In this document: piece after piece, positions 26,237 through 38,377 of the stretch
Numbering within the stretch: the first letter of the stretch is position 1
How the letters are laid out: every line of letters begins with the position of its first letter
DNA from: Bispira polyomma
Lineage: Eukaryota
NCBI GenBank assembly: GCA_965649765.1
Contig: OZ287753.1
Span: 57,908,001 to 57,972,000, forward strand
Length of the DNA: 64,000 nucleotides
Direction of reading: 5' to 3'
Made by a program: the position numbers and the translations under genes
Notes under the pieces: model-generated
What the model saw: the letters and a program-made list of their open reading frames with translations, nothing else
Database searches by the model: none
Told to the model about the DNA's origin: nothing

Positions 26237-27822
26237 GTTATTAGTATTATGTGATTACTTATATAGCGCTTTAGCTTGGTAGCTCAAAACACTGCACAAT
26301 AATGAAAATGTAAAAGCAATGTGAAAAAGTAAAAGACTGTAATTTAAAAAAGGTAAAAATAAAAAGAGATAAAAAGAACAGTGCAGGACTTAAGGACATC
26401 AGAAGTCAATAAGCTATTTTAAAAAGGTGCGTTTTTAAAAGTTTTTTAAAGACTGAACAGTACTAGCCCTTCTTATATAGTCTGGTAGTTGATTCCATAG
26501 GAAAGGGCCATATTTTGTGAAAGCCCAATCTCCAGCTTTATTGTTTGTCTTAGTTTGCAATAATTTTAAGCAGGTGCTTGATCTTAGTTGTCTCTTTGGA
26601 ACAGATACTTGTACAAGTTCAGATAAGTATTTTAGTGCCATGTGGTGCAGACATTTAAATACATATATGAAAAACCGGAAATCCACTCTTTGCTCTACTG
26701 GTAGCCAGTGTAAATCATAATGTGGTTTGGTAACATGTTCATATGATGGAAGTCTGTATATGAGATGTGCAGTAGAATTTTGAATGTGCTCTGTGTGAGA
26801 GATTGTATTTGCTAATCCCAAATAGATGACTGAAGCAATGGTCTATATGTGATTGTACTAAAGCCTGAACTAATGACTTGCATGCCTCAAGTATTTTGTA
26901 ATACGGTACAGTTTCCTCATTTGACCATTGATATTTCTTGCTTTTGCTTCGACAATTCATAGTAAGAGACCTATCCATTACTACATCCAGATTTCGGACA
27001 CAGTCTGATTAGGATATTCCACAGTCACCAATATGTATTTGAAAGTTTCGACTGTCAATCAATTTGTCTACATTTCTCTAAACAATCTATTTGTTTGATT
27101 AACATTTTGTTTGTGATTAATTTTGACATATAATCGAGAGTCATTAGTATAAAATATATTTTCAACTCCAAAGATTTCAGCAATATAACACACTGGGCTC
27201 ATGTATAAGGTGAACAATAATGGTCCCAAGACTGATCCCTGTGGCACCCCAATAAGAGTAAACATTTTAGGTGATATAGAGTTCCAAATTTTGACAGACT
27301 GTGATCTATTCATCAGGTATAACTTAAACCAGGAAAGTGCAACATCGGTAATTCCAAATCTAGTTGATAATCTTTTCAGTAATGTACAGTAATCAACAGT
27401 ATCAAACGCCGCACTAAGATCCGACATGGCTAATGCAACTGACTGTTTATTGTCGATGGATGACAAGTTATCATTTTCTATTCTCAGGAGTGTGGTCTCA
27501 GTAGAATAAAATGCCCTAAAAGCTGATTGATTCTCTTGCCAAAGGGTATTGACATCCAAATGTAATTTCAATCGGGAGGCTTGTTCCAGAACTTTAGAAA
27601 TAAAAAACAAATTGGAAACTAGGCAATCATTTTTAAAGCCATTCTTATTCAATCTCTTCTTTTTTAAAAGTGGTGTTATCATTGCATGCTTAAAAGATGT
27701 AGGACATTCACCTGACACCTTGCTGGTACCAGAGAATCAATATGCTCTTTCAGTAGGTCTGTTGGTATGGGATCAAGCTCACATGAAGCTGCTGATGACT
27801 AAACATATTTCCTAAAATGATT
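26237..27822 (-). mobile_element. L2-like LINE, 3' part (RT and tail), degenerate
   Basis: SCELDPIPTDLLK, FKHAMITPLLKK, STETTLL, DLSAAFDTVD, GVPQGSVLGPLLF, LHWLPVEQR; 3' end gcgctatataag..taataa. Confidence 0.9.
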
Positions 27823-27829
27823 TTCTAAA

Positions 27830-28750
27830 CTGGAAAGAGTTACAGTTTACAGTTGCTGTCTTATCATCTTATCCAAAGTCAATTTTAATACTTGGCCATT
27901 TCAACTTGCATCTAGATAAATGTGATTTGCCAGACTCTATCAGATTTAATTCACCAATGAATATATATGGTTTGACGCAAAAGGTAGATTTTTCTACACA
28001 AACAACTGGACATTGGTTAGACCTAATGATCATAAAGGAAAAAGAATCAGCTTTTCAGCAACCTGTATCCCACGACCCAGGTTCATCAGATAACATGGCA
28101 GTACGTACAATTTTTTTTGTGCAAAAAAACAGAATCAACAAAAAAAAAAAAATCAAAATTAGTGTGGAACAATATAGACTCTAAAAACTTATATCAGTAT
28201 CTTAACGCAATTTTTTGCAAATCTACATGTACTGATGAACTTGTTGATCAGTATAATGAAAGTATCACTGAAGTGATTGACAGGATGCCCCACTTAGAGA
28301 TAAAACATCGTTGTGAGGCCCAACACTGCCCTGGTATAATGCAGAACGACAAGCTAAAGTCGGGACGAGATGACTAGAGAGAAAATGGAAGAAATCCAAC
28401 TCTCATCAGGACTTCCTGAATTATCGACAACAATGCGCTATTGTTAATGAGGCTATAACCACATGCAAAACTGCATTTGTGTTTTAGAAAGAGCATGAGT
28501 GCAATGGAGATGCCAAGAAATTGTTCCAGACATTCATTTCTTTGTTGGGATCTAACAACAATGCATTCTCGCCTAATTGTGACAACAACCTTATTTTGAC
28601 AAACAAGTTTAATGGCTTCTTTCTGAATAAAACTGTCAAGATCAGAGATGTGATATAGTCCTGTGCATCCCCTGATGCAACAACGAAAACGCATGAAACA
28701 TTGTTTCCTGGTTTAGTGTCTGACACGTTATCACATTTCGTTGACCCCAT
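27830..28750 (+). mobile_element. L2-like LINE, 5' part (endonuclease and linker) in inverted orientation
   Basis: ILGHFNLHLD..GLTQKV..TGHWLDL..SDN endonuclease motifs, running to the sequence expected just before SCELDP. Confidence 0.75.
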
Positions 28751-29169
28751 TAATTTGATATTTGTTTTAAATATTTAACTACTCATACAGTGTTTTTAAC
28801 GACTTACACTGTTTTTTTGCTTGTATTGAACCACACCACACTCCATAACCTATCAGGCCCCTGTTGTTTTAATCTTTTTCTTGTGTTATCTCTGTGTCTG
28901 TGTGCCTGGGAGTCGCTCCCAGGACTAATCTTATAATTGAGGTTTAAGGAAAGACAACTCTTTGAGTACTCCAATACTCTTTTCTGCTACATACATTTTT
29001 AGGGCGGAGTGGTGGTGTTTCTCTTTCCATATTTACTATGTATTTTATCAGATGCCTCTTTTTTTCTTTTACTATTAGTTTACTGACATCAAAAATTCTG
29101 AATAGCATCTGGGAAATTGTAGTTACGTCATTCCACCATATTACATATACTGGCTACAGATATCTACAT

Positions 29170-31045
29170 AAACAGTATATTTCAGACCTCACTATGCTAT
29201 TAGATCAGCATGCACCAGAAAAAAATAGATCCCATATAAAAAAACCTGCTCCCAAGTGGCTTACAGACTCGTGCAAGACTGCCAAGTCTTTGCAATGCGA
29301 GTATGCAATATAGGTATAAATCTGTTGGAAATAGAACTCACTTAAGGAAACAGATAGGTTGGTGCTGCAGATTGGTAAGCAAAACAAAGGTCATCATTAC
29401 AAGTCTGTCATTAAAGAAAATCGTCACAATAGATGAAAACTTAAGAACTGCAAGAACTTAAGAAGGTTTTACAGTGATCAGCTGTCCTGTTCAGCCTACA
29501 TGAACGTGTGTGGTCATTCCACAGAAACAGCTTTATTGTGTGTAAAGAACAATTTACACATTTCTTCATCTGAAGGAGTGGTTCCATATTCAAGTTTGAT
29601 CCGCAAAATGGGCCCAATTTTAAAGTCGGGACGGTCGGGGCAAAAAAAGCGGGAAAATGAAAATGTGGGGCCACCTTCCTGATTGAACTGCTTGCGTCTT
29701 ATTTAGGCGGGACACCGACCACGATCAAACTTGAAGTCCGTGCTGAAACTTTTCCGTCCTCCGTTAGGATCAAACTTACTGGTGATAGGATCTGACGTAT
29801 CGCCTTAGGATCAAACGTATCACCAATAGGATCTGACGGATTCATATCCCCAACCATAAGGATCGAACGTATAAAAAGTCAAAGTCGGGACTGTTATGGT
29901 AAAATATAGATGACAAAATCAGCTATTGCAACTCAAATAAAAGAAATAATACCTGTTTAGACCTCATTTTTTATGAAAGTTTGTTGTAAATAAGTGCAAA
30001 AACGTTTTATCGTTCGAATGCATAACTGCATCGGAAGTTGGTTTGATGTCGCAAAGGTAAACAACTTTTAGACTGATTTCAGTTATCGGGACTGACAAAA
30101 TGAGCTCATATATGTGTCTTCATACATATATTCTTCCCGACCTTCCAGACCACCCTGTTTAGAGTGACATAAGACCTATCAGATAGAACGTATTGGTAAT
30201 AAAATCAAACGTATTCGCCGAAGACGACCGTCCCATTTTTAGAGGTCCGGGACACAAGTTGGAGTACTTTTAGAAAATATCCAACATGTTTGATATCCTT
30301 GCCGACCTTCCCGACCGCCCAGTTTTTGCCCCGGACCTATATGTATTGCCAAAGTTTCTGTTATCGATCACAAAGTCGGGAAGATCGGGAACCAAATCCT
30401 GATTGTGGAACCGCCTTTTAAAGGGGAACCGACAGCATTAGAGCTGCTTGATCTGTCGGCTGCCTTTGACACAAGGTTTGGTTTCTAAGGCATTGTATTG
30501 AAATGGTTTACTTCATATCTCTCAAATCGATACCAAGCAGTTAAAATAGGTTCTGCTTTTTTGGACTTGCTTAAGTTAGAGTTTGGTGTACCTCAGGGCT
30601 CAGTTTTAGATCCCATTCTATTTCCCTTATACATAGCACCCTCAGTCGTGTCATTGCCAAGTGCAAATCAATCAAGCATCATTTCTAATGATACACCACT
30701 TTATGTTCATTTATCAAATAGAAATGCAACTTCTGCATTCAATAGTCTTAAAAGATGTCTTAATGATGTTCACAAGTGGATGTTTGACAATAAGTTGAAA
30801 CTCAACCTGGATAAAACAGAATTCAGTCTTTTTGGATCCAAATCCCAACGTTTTAGGAAAAAGCTCAAAACCTGCCTATTCTGCAAGGCTTTGACATCTT
30901 AGCCTCCTTACCTTTTCCAGCATCTCCATGGTCACAACCCCTGTACGTCCAATAGCTATATGAAATTGTCAAAATGATTTTCTGTTTCATGTACCTTAGA
31001 ATTTGCTAGCACAGAGAAAAGCGCTATAAAAGTTAGATTACATTT
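29170..31045 (+). mobile_element. Degenerate L2-like LINE interrupted by a MITE
   Basis: LDQHAP, HSTETALL before the insertion; LLDLSAAFDT, GVPQGSVLDP, KLKLNLDKTEF after it; gcgctataaa 3' end. Confidence 0.8.
29574..30417. mobile_element. Non-autonomous DNA transposon with ~30-bp imperfect TIRs (Kolobok-like, tentative)
   Basis: aggagtggttccatattcaagtttgatcc vs reverse complement aggcggttccacaatcaggatttggttcc; ttaa on the right, ctga on the left; internal taggatc(aa/tg)acgta repeats at 29765-29872; splits an L2 RT frame. Confidence 0.65.
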
Positions 31046-31389
31046 TAGATTGGAACCCACATTGGCTAGAAACCAGTGATTATAAAGCTAACACTTGTAA
31101 CTACTAGGCCACCGTGCTCCCACCACCATATATATAGGACTATCTCTCGTCGGGTAACAAACACCTGGAAAGCAGGCGCCATTATCGATGCATCAAGTTG
31201 GTGCCATACAATTTCTTCAAATAAATAATTTAAAATAGGCTGTTGTTCCACATTAGTCCAAAGAGGTGAGGTAAAAGTAAATAAGTTTAAAAGTCAGATG
31301 AGGTTGGATAGAAAGTTGCTACTGAAAGAATCCGTTTATTTTTTCTACATCTTAGTATATACATACACGAGTAACGTTTAACTTGTACA

Positions 31390-31680
31390 AATAAAAATAG
31401 ATATACAAGAAGTAACAATTAGTTAGCCCTTTAATATATTTTTACATCTAATGCCAGCTGCTTTGGATTTATATAATTTAAAACAAAATTTTCATTTTTA
31501 GATAAACTATTCAAAATGAAAATGTCAGCAATAAAATTATTGAGTATATTTTGACGTTCTTCTTGATAAATCTCACAAGAGCACAGGAAATGCACTTGGT
31601 CTTCAGTAATATTTCTAGTGCATACTTTACAGTATCTATGTTCTAGTGTCACTCTACAGTAACGACCGGTTACAATGGTT
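31390..31680 (-). mobile_element. LINE 3'-end fragment with CCHC finger
   Basis: GRY..LEHRYCKVC..EDQVHFLCSCEIY..ER. Confidence 0.65.
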
Positions 31681-33223
31681 CAGGCCTATTATGTGGCACT
31701 TGTTTATACTTGTGAGTATATTGCATTAACTACAACTTATGAACTAATTACACAGTTAAGCAGTTAGCATTATTTGTAATCACGCACTGTATTTGTTTAA
31801 TTTGATCAAGATAGCAAACATATTCAAATATAACAGATAAGACTTAATTAACATCTGCTTATAGAATTCACTGAAGATTACTCACTGTAACTCTAAATAA
31901 ACTTATAAACCATCAAGTAAATATTTTAGTTCCAGGTCTCTTGCTGTTTGTTACTGCTCTTGCTTTGTGTCCCACATCTATCATCTAAAAGCCTCCAATT
32001 TAATCTGCATAATCTGACAATATTGGAAGGTCATCATTGGGGTGAAAGTAAGGCAGGCTCTTTGACCCAGTTTTTCTCCAGAGAGAGGACGAACTAAACA
32101 CAGAGTCCCCACAAAGCAATAAATTAGGCCAGTGCCAATTACTTCTCTTCAGCTGTCCTCAAGCCTTTTACAGGGCCCTGCCTTTGATGACAAATCAAGG
32201 CCCTAAATCAGAAAGTCACATTAATGATTTTGGGCCAAAGTTCTACTGATTTCCTAAACAAGGATTTTATGGTTTACTAGTTTTTATTTAAAGAAACCGG
32301 TGGAGCTGGTAGTTACAAACTGGTAATGTTTTTATATACTCAGTTTTCTTATCCAGAATACCACCCTAATATGTTATGAAAATGTACAAACATACGCCAC
32401 ACCAGGACTAAAACAATTGCACTATTTTTTTTATTCAAAGGGAAATCAAACATACATAATGCCACCTCTAAAATTGTTGCACTAGTTTTCATTTAAAGTG
32501 AAAATACGGGTCCTCCAAATTTGTTGTCATAATGTACAATATACATTATAACATAACTAAAACAATTGCACCAATTTCATTGTGGGATTTCGGATGATTC
32601 TAACATAACATTAAATCAAGGCAAATACTATGACGGCTCAGCTGCCACTTTTTTCTAGCGGGTAACATGCATACTGGTAATGCAGAGGACCTGGGTTCGA
32701 AGCCAGTCTAAGGTTTCCATATACAAGCAGATACATAGTGGTCTGCATGACCAATTAAATTGGAGGGCCTCTGCCATCGGGTGCTTTCCCTAGTGCTCTA
32801 GTGACAGGCTGAAAAAACCATAAGAATGTTGACAAATTGTCATTCTCAAGCCTCTGTCTTCAATTAGCAGAAAGACAGTTACTGGCGGTGGATGGCCTCA
32901 GTCTTGAAAAGGTAATTAGTACTGCTTTGAATTTTGGTAAAAACTCTGTTATACAAAATATTTCAAAAGAACAAAAAGAGATATGTATCCATTTACACTT
33001 GGAAACTGGGTTCTTTAATAACAAAATCAAGCGCTGGTACTAAAACTCTCAGATATGCAAGTCAATTTTGGGTTCTGCAGCTAATCCATTACCATCGATC
33101 TTGGGATTTGGTCATTTTGATGTACACACTTGTGTATATAATTCTTCATATGAAGGTCTAGTGAGTAACATATACTAACTAAGGAATGAGGAGGACCTGG
33201 GTATAATTCAAGCCTGAACTGAC

Positions 33224-33607
33224 CTAGACCTAGTTTTATGTCCTCAACAATGCTTTTTAATTAACTGATGTACGTGTGTCGAGGGACAGAGTCGTTTACT
33301 ATAGCAAATTGTTGTAAATCTGACACGGCAGTTTATTATGTACTCGTCAACGTGAAATATACGGCAATATTTTCAAATAAATATATTTAATTAATCATGC
33401 AGTTTTATTTTGACCATAGTTCATAACATTGTGTACGGCTATTGTATTAATCACTATATACTCACAGACTAAATGGAAAAATGACATTTTTTTTCTTATA
33501 GGTGCCATTACACATATATAACGATTTGCTATAATAAACAACTCTGTTGCTCACAGCCGCACATCAGTAGGAACACCCCTTTTTCGGCGACAGATAACTC
33601 GGTCTAG
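33224..33607. mobile_element. MITE with ~105-bp imperfect TIRs and candidate 3-bp TSD (gac)
   Basis: ctagacc..actgatgt..acagagtcgtttactatagcaaat mirrored by atttgctataataaacaactctgt..acatcagt..ggtctag; gac at 33221-33223 and 33608-33610. Confidence 0.7.
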
Positions 33608-35099
33608 GACTGAATAGGTACTAGCACAGACATAGCGGTTCAACTGATCACTTAAAGTGGCAGTCCCCTGTCAAAGGATCCTATCCGCTGTGAATTCAAC
33701 TTCAAGTTGCTCTACAATATTTACTGTCGTTTTACTTGTGAAATAAAGAAAATGTCAATTGGCACTTTAAATACCAGACAAGTGCAGATAATCATCTGAG
33801 AATGAGTATGAATATGGATATTAACAATATATGTATACCTCAAAGAACTTGCTAAATTTACCAAGTGCACACAGATAAGTCAACAAATGATTCCTCGACT
33901 CCTGACTTGACTACTGGTGTAGTTAAGAATAATCATTATATTATCGCCCAAAAACAAATGATGTAATAATATAGTCAGAACCATGGCGTCAAACTTATAA
34001 AACACTAACCTTAGAACACAGATTTTTATCTATACCTGGACTTTGTAACCTGAGACCTTTAATAACAATTCAGATAGGTATATTGCTGTGAGCTTGTCAC
34101 GACCTACTGCCTTTTTTCCTCAGCCCTTTTAAAAAAACTTCCATTTCCTTCCTGCTAACAGGGACAGCACATTAAATGACTGACGTCACGGCTGCCAGGG
34201 TTCGTGACTCAAGTTGCTTATCATCCTGTATTGGCCATATAGACAGTCTAAGGGGGTAGTGGGGGTAGGTTTAAGTGTGTTCTTAGAGCTAGGTGGATAT
34301 ATCTAAAAACAACGCTTAATGGCAAATTAATTACTAAATCTAGTAAATCATAGAAGTAATTTCCGTCAACAGGAAACGAGGGATATATACATGTGTATTA
34401 ATTCTGGTTTTACTTATTTTTCATATTAACTTCAGCCAAAAAGTCAAAGTAGAATTCTTAGTGTGGGCATTTTTTTATTCTACCTGAAAAATAGACTTAA
34501 TGACAAGTGCGTTGAAATAGTAGGTCACCCCTATGTTGCTGGAGAAATAAGTTGCTATTGGAGTCTCTTGAATTATTTACCGCTATACGTACTGACGTAA
34601 TGGGATTTAAACTCAACACCATGATCCACAGATGTATCATATTGTCCAGTAGAAGAGGGGGTGATGGAGTGTGGCTTTTGTACAACAGAATACCATATTG
34701 ATGTTAAATAATTATGGCTCTGGCAAGTGTTTTCTTTTTAAACTTGTTTTTTAATGTCTAATCGTGATTGCTTTATGGGATTTTTCTTTCTCCAGGAAAT
34801 CATTCCTTTTGAGCAGGCTGGCAAGTGTTTCTAGAGCAACCCCTAAATTCATAGTCAAAGCTGAATGTTAACAGACATAGAATAACATGGGGTGTACTCG
34901 ATATGACAAAGCATAATTCCCAAGAGATAAAAAGGATATGTATCAAAACTTAAATAACTTTGATATTAAAATAAAATGTACAGCAAAAGGAATATACAAA
35001 ACAATATGTTCACACACACCGAACAGATAATAGGGTTCCTAACTTACTTTCAAAAGCTTAATTGATATTGAGAGGGCCATATATATTGCAATACATGTA

Positions 35100-35925
35100 T
35101 TTACTGTTAAAAGCTTGATGCCATCATCCTCTAGCAGAGTTGTGAAATTCTGCTTATCTTACAGTTTTTTGAAATTCCCAATGTCCCATATTAGTCCTTG
35201 CTCAACTCATTTGCAACTGTATTTTTTTTTAAATATGTGGCATATTTTATTGTTTCTCCTCTGATAAGGAGAAACACTATTTCTATAAAGTCATCAATGT
35301 CAATTCAAACTTAATATTATTTTAGCATATATTATTAGCATTTTGTAAGTATTCGATAGAATAGACCAGCAGAGCATATTTGCATTTTTCTTCCTAAATC
35401 TTTCTTTTGGAGCAGCCTGTTATTGAATTTTTCAAATACATTCACTGGTTTGAAAGTTGCTCAACTTTAAATTTATTTCAACGATTGAGGGGTCAGACCT
35501 ATAACTGCTTTTAATGTCACATTTATTGATCAGATCTACCGTTAAGCTTGTTTTTAAAAAATAGTCTATTCATGTTTCCGTCATAGGATTTTTGTCTTTC
35601 TCTAGAAAAAGCGGATAGTATGTGGATTCAAGATATATATCAACAATGTTTGTTTCATTCATCATGTCAATTACCTCATTTCTATCTTTTGGATTATTTA
35701 CCCAAGTATAATTTTTGCAATCTTTGCTTAGATTCAGCACCAGGTTAAAGTCACCACAAATCACATTATAATCAGCCTTGTTGTTCTGACTAAATTGCTG
35801 TATTGCACTAACGAAACTTGGAGTATCGTGATTAGGTGCATACATATTAATTAATGAGATTAATTTTCTTTGTACCACATAAGAGAAGTATATGTAATAT
35901 GTTTCTAATCCTATCTTTGTTTACC
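35100..35925 (-). mobile_element. L1/Tx1-like LINE endonuclease-region fragment
   Basis: LINMYAPNHD, VICGDFNLVLN, and IRGETIKYAT shared with the LINE at 21363-22070. Confidence 0.75.
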
Positions 35926-35929
35926 TCGA

Positions 35930-36365
35930 GTACTTGAACAGGTCATTGCACTCACATAACACCTCTGCTTAAACGATTACACTGGCTGCCTATTGTGTTC
36001 CGTATTAAACTCAAGGTAATTGTCCTCATTTTTGAGACAGTCCATGTACAACAACCTGCCTACTTTTCATCTATGCTGTCTCTCAGCTATCTCACCAGAG
36101 GTAATCGTCTCTCCACCTCCTACCCCAAAAACGGCTGGTTCAAAATCATTCTCAGTTGCAACACCTGCGAGTGGAATAGTCTCCCTACTAGTCTTTGGAC
36201 TGAGACAAGCATCACAGGTTTCAGAAAAAATCTAAAAACACATCTATATCAGCTCGCTGTTCCACCTTAGCATTCGTCTGCTGGTCACAATGCACACTTA
36301 TTGGGATATGTGCCACAGAGGATACCTGGTCATCGATTGTAGCACTATAAAAATAAAGACATTAA
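35930..36365 (+). mobile_element. L2-like 3' fragment, same family as 11200-11694
   Basis: Close nucleotide match (ctcaccagaggtaatcgtct..gactgagacaagcatcacaggtttca..tatcagctcgct). Confidence 0.85.
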
Positions 36366-37254
36366 CATAACAAAAGATTATGGGATAAAATATAAGGAAA
36401 TAACTTGCACGTTTATGAAAATAAAAAGAATTACAGAAAATGTAAGAAAAGTGTCTGAATTGTCCAAATTTTCTTACTGAAATTTTTTCCTTAACTTGCA
36501 CGTCATATTGCCCCTACTTCTTTTCAGTTACAAAAACGTTATTTTAATAGATTTTTTTATCTCACTTACATACACTCAGCGACGTATAACTTTATGTCAT
36601 TCCCATGCCATAATGGGAATTAACTGTTAGTATTAAATACCCAGCCACAGTCAGAATCAAATTGATATGCCATACACACCTCCCCCATGAAAAAACTAAA
36701 GCTATGACCATAGATATATTCTGGGTTTATCAAGTAAAATGTTGGATTTTATTGTAATCATTATAGTTTCAAGGTATCATCTTATTTTATTATTTTGTTG
36801 TAACTGGATTGGAATAGTAGTCACGTGTCTTCATCAAACTTGAAAGAACTGTATAAGTGAAGGTGTTAGATGGAAAAAATTAATACTAATTTACAATTTT
36901 TAATATTTCAGTGGAATTTATTACCACTTATCATCTATTTTGACAAAGGGCCTAAAATGTTATTATTCAAACTCATTAACAAAACAACTCCCATTAATCA
37001 CTGGCAAACATTAAGACTTTATTGTTTGATCGGTATTGTCTAGTTTAATTGTTCTTTCAATTAAATAATAACTTCTAAATCTAGCAGTTTTTATAGGCCA
37101 GGTACTGGAATGGAAAAATCCCAGGATTTCAGTTTAAATACACAAAACTTGTATTTAAACTTCAGAAATTTAAAATCATATTTATGGTGGTGTATGTTAT
37201 CAATAGTAAGTGAAGTAGTTTTAAGTGAAGTTCAATGGACAACTTAAAGGGCCA

Positions 37255-37500
37255 ACCAGTAGAGTGCATACCTCCTCCAAGTCTCCACAGTGACAAAAGT
37301 TTTAAAAAAATATCTGGGTGAACCTTTTTATCTGCATCTGATCCAAATTTATTTGATTCTTCTTTGGTTCATGTCACATCCCACTATTAAACTTTATGTC
37401 AATCAGTTCAGTGGGGTTTTTTTGTGGTTGAAATTCTGGTGACAAGCAAACAAACAAATGGGTACTGGTGAAAAACATGTCCTTCTTGGTTGAGGTAGTG
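37255..37500 (+). mobile_element. Short non-autonomous element with (acaa)n and subterminal inverted repeat (Helentron/HINE-like, tentative); related copies at about 2960-3120 and 49740-49990 on the minus strand
   Basis: agtagagtg..acctcctccaag ... acaaacaaac ... cttggttgaggta. Confidence 0.4.
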
Positions 37501-38304
37501 ATATTTGGTCACTGCACATTATTCAGAAAAAATGTTGTCACCCATCTAGTCTATTTATAGCCACATCACAGCTTTATTGCTTGTGTGGCAAATGACATTT
37601 CCATTTTGTCTTAAAATAGTCATGGAAATTTGATGTATAGAAAGACAGCCATTTATTTTGCTTTAGCGAGAGAAAAAAGGACTTTAAAAGAAAAATCATA
37701 ACATACAATTTTCTAGAATTATTTATTTTGTTTTTGCTTCTTTTTTTCTTCTAATTAGTATTTTCTAAAATAGAGTTTCTTCCTTGTGAGTTACATCAGC
37801 CTAAACCAACCCCTACTCAAATCAGTGTGACCTATTTCTAATTGTGTGATATATTCTCCTTGAAATGATAGCATCTATGCTCACTTCAACACTAGCCTTA
37901 GCTCAGGCGTTATTTTTGAATTTTGAATCGTTATTCCCTAAAAATTTGGTTGTATTGTATAGTATAGTGCCTCAAATGTCAACCCGATCACGAATTTGCT
38001 TTGGAATTTGACTATGATTTTAACAACATTGTCAATGATATTTGTAGAAGATGCCTGGCATCAATTAATTATTCCTTGCAACAGTTAACTACAACAAAAG
38101 TCTCAAAAAAACTCATGGTTCATGCGATGAATTTCATTTGATTATTTTTGTCATGTGACCAAGCTTAGTTATTTCAGCCAAATTGATTGGTTAAAAATAG
38201 TGTTTCGGATTGGCTAAGAAACCAGGATAAACATTTGCATTGCATTTTAAGGTCCCATATCTCTGTGTGGAAAGAGAAGAATGATGAGAGCATAGTATCC
38301 ACTT

Positions 38305-38377
38305 AGTTCAGTACTGTAGTGGTTATCACGCTTGTCTCACATGCAAGAGGTACCAGGATCCATAGCCGTCATATCCA
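38305..38377 (+). pseudogene. tRNA-Val(CAC)-like pseudogene
   Basis: gtactgtagtggttatcacgcttgtctcacatgcaagaggtacc follows the eukaryotic tRNA-Val pattern (gtagtgtagtggttatcacgttcgcctcacacgcgaaaggtccc); T-arm and acceptor stem decayed. Confidence 0.65.

Noticed and set aside
32650-32715. tRNA-like sequence with B-box (gggttcgaagcc)
   Set aside because: No complete cloverleaf; most likely a decayed SINE head
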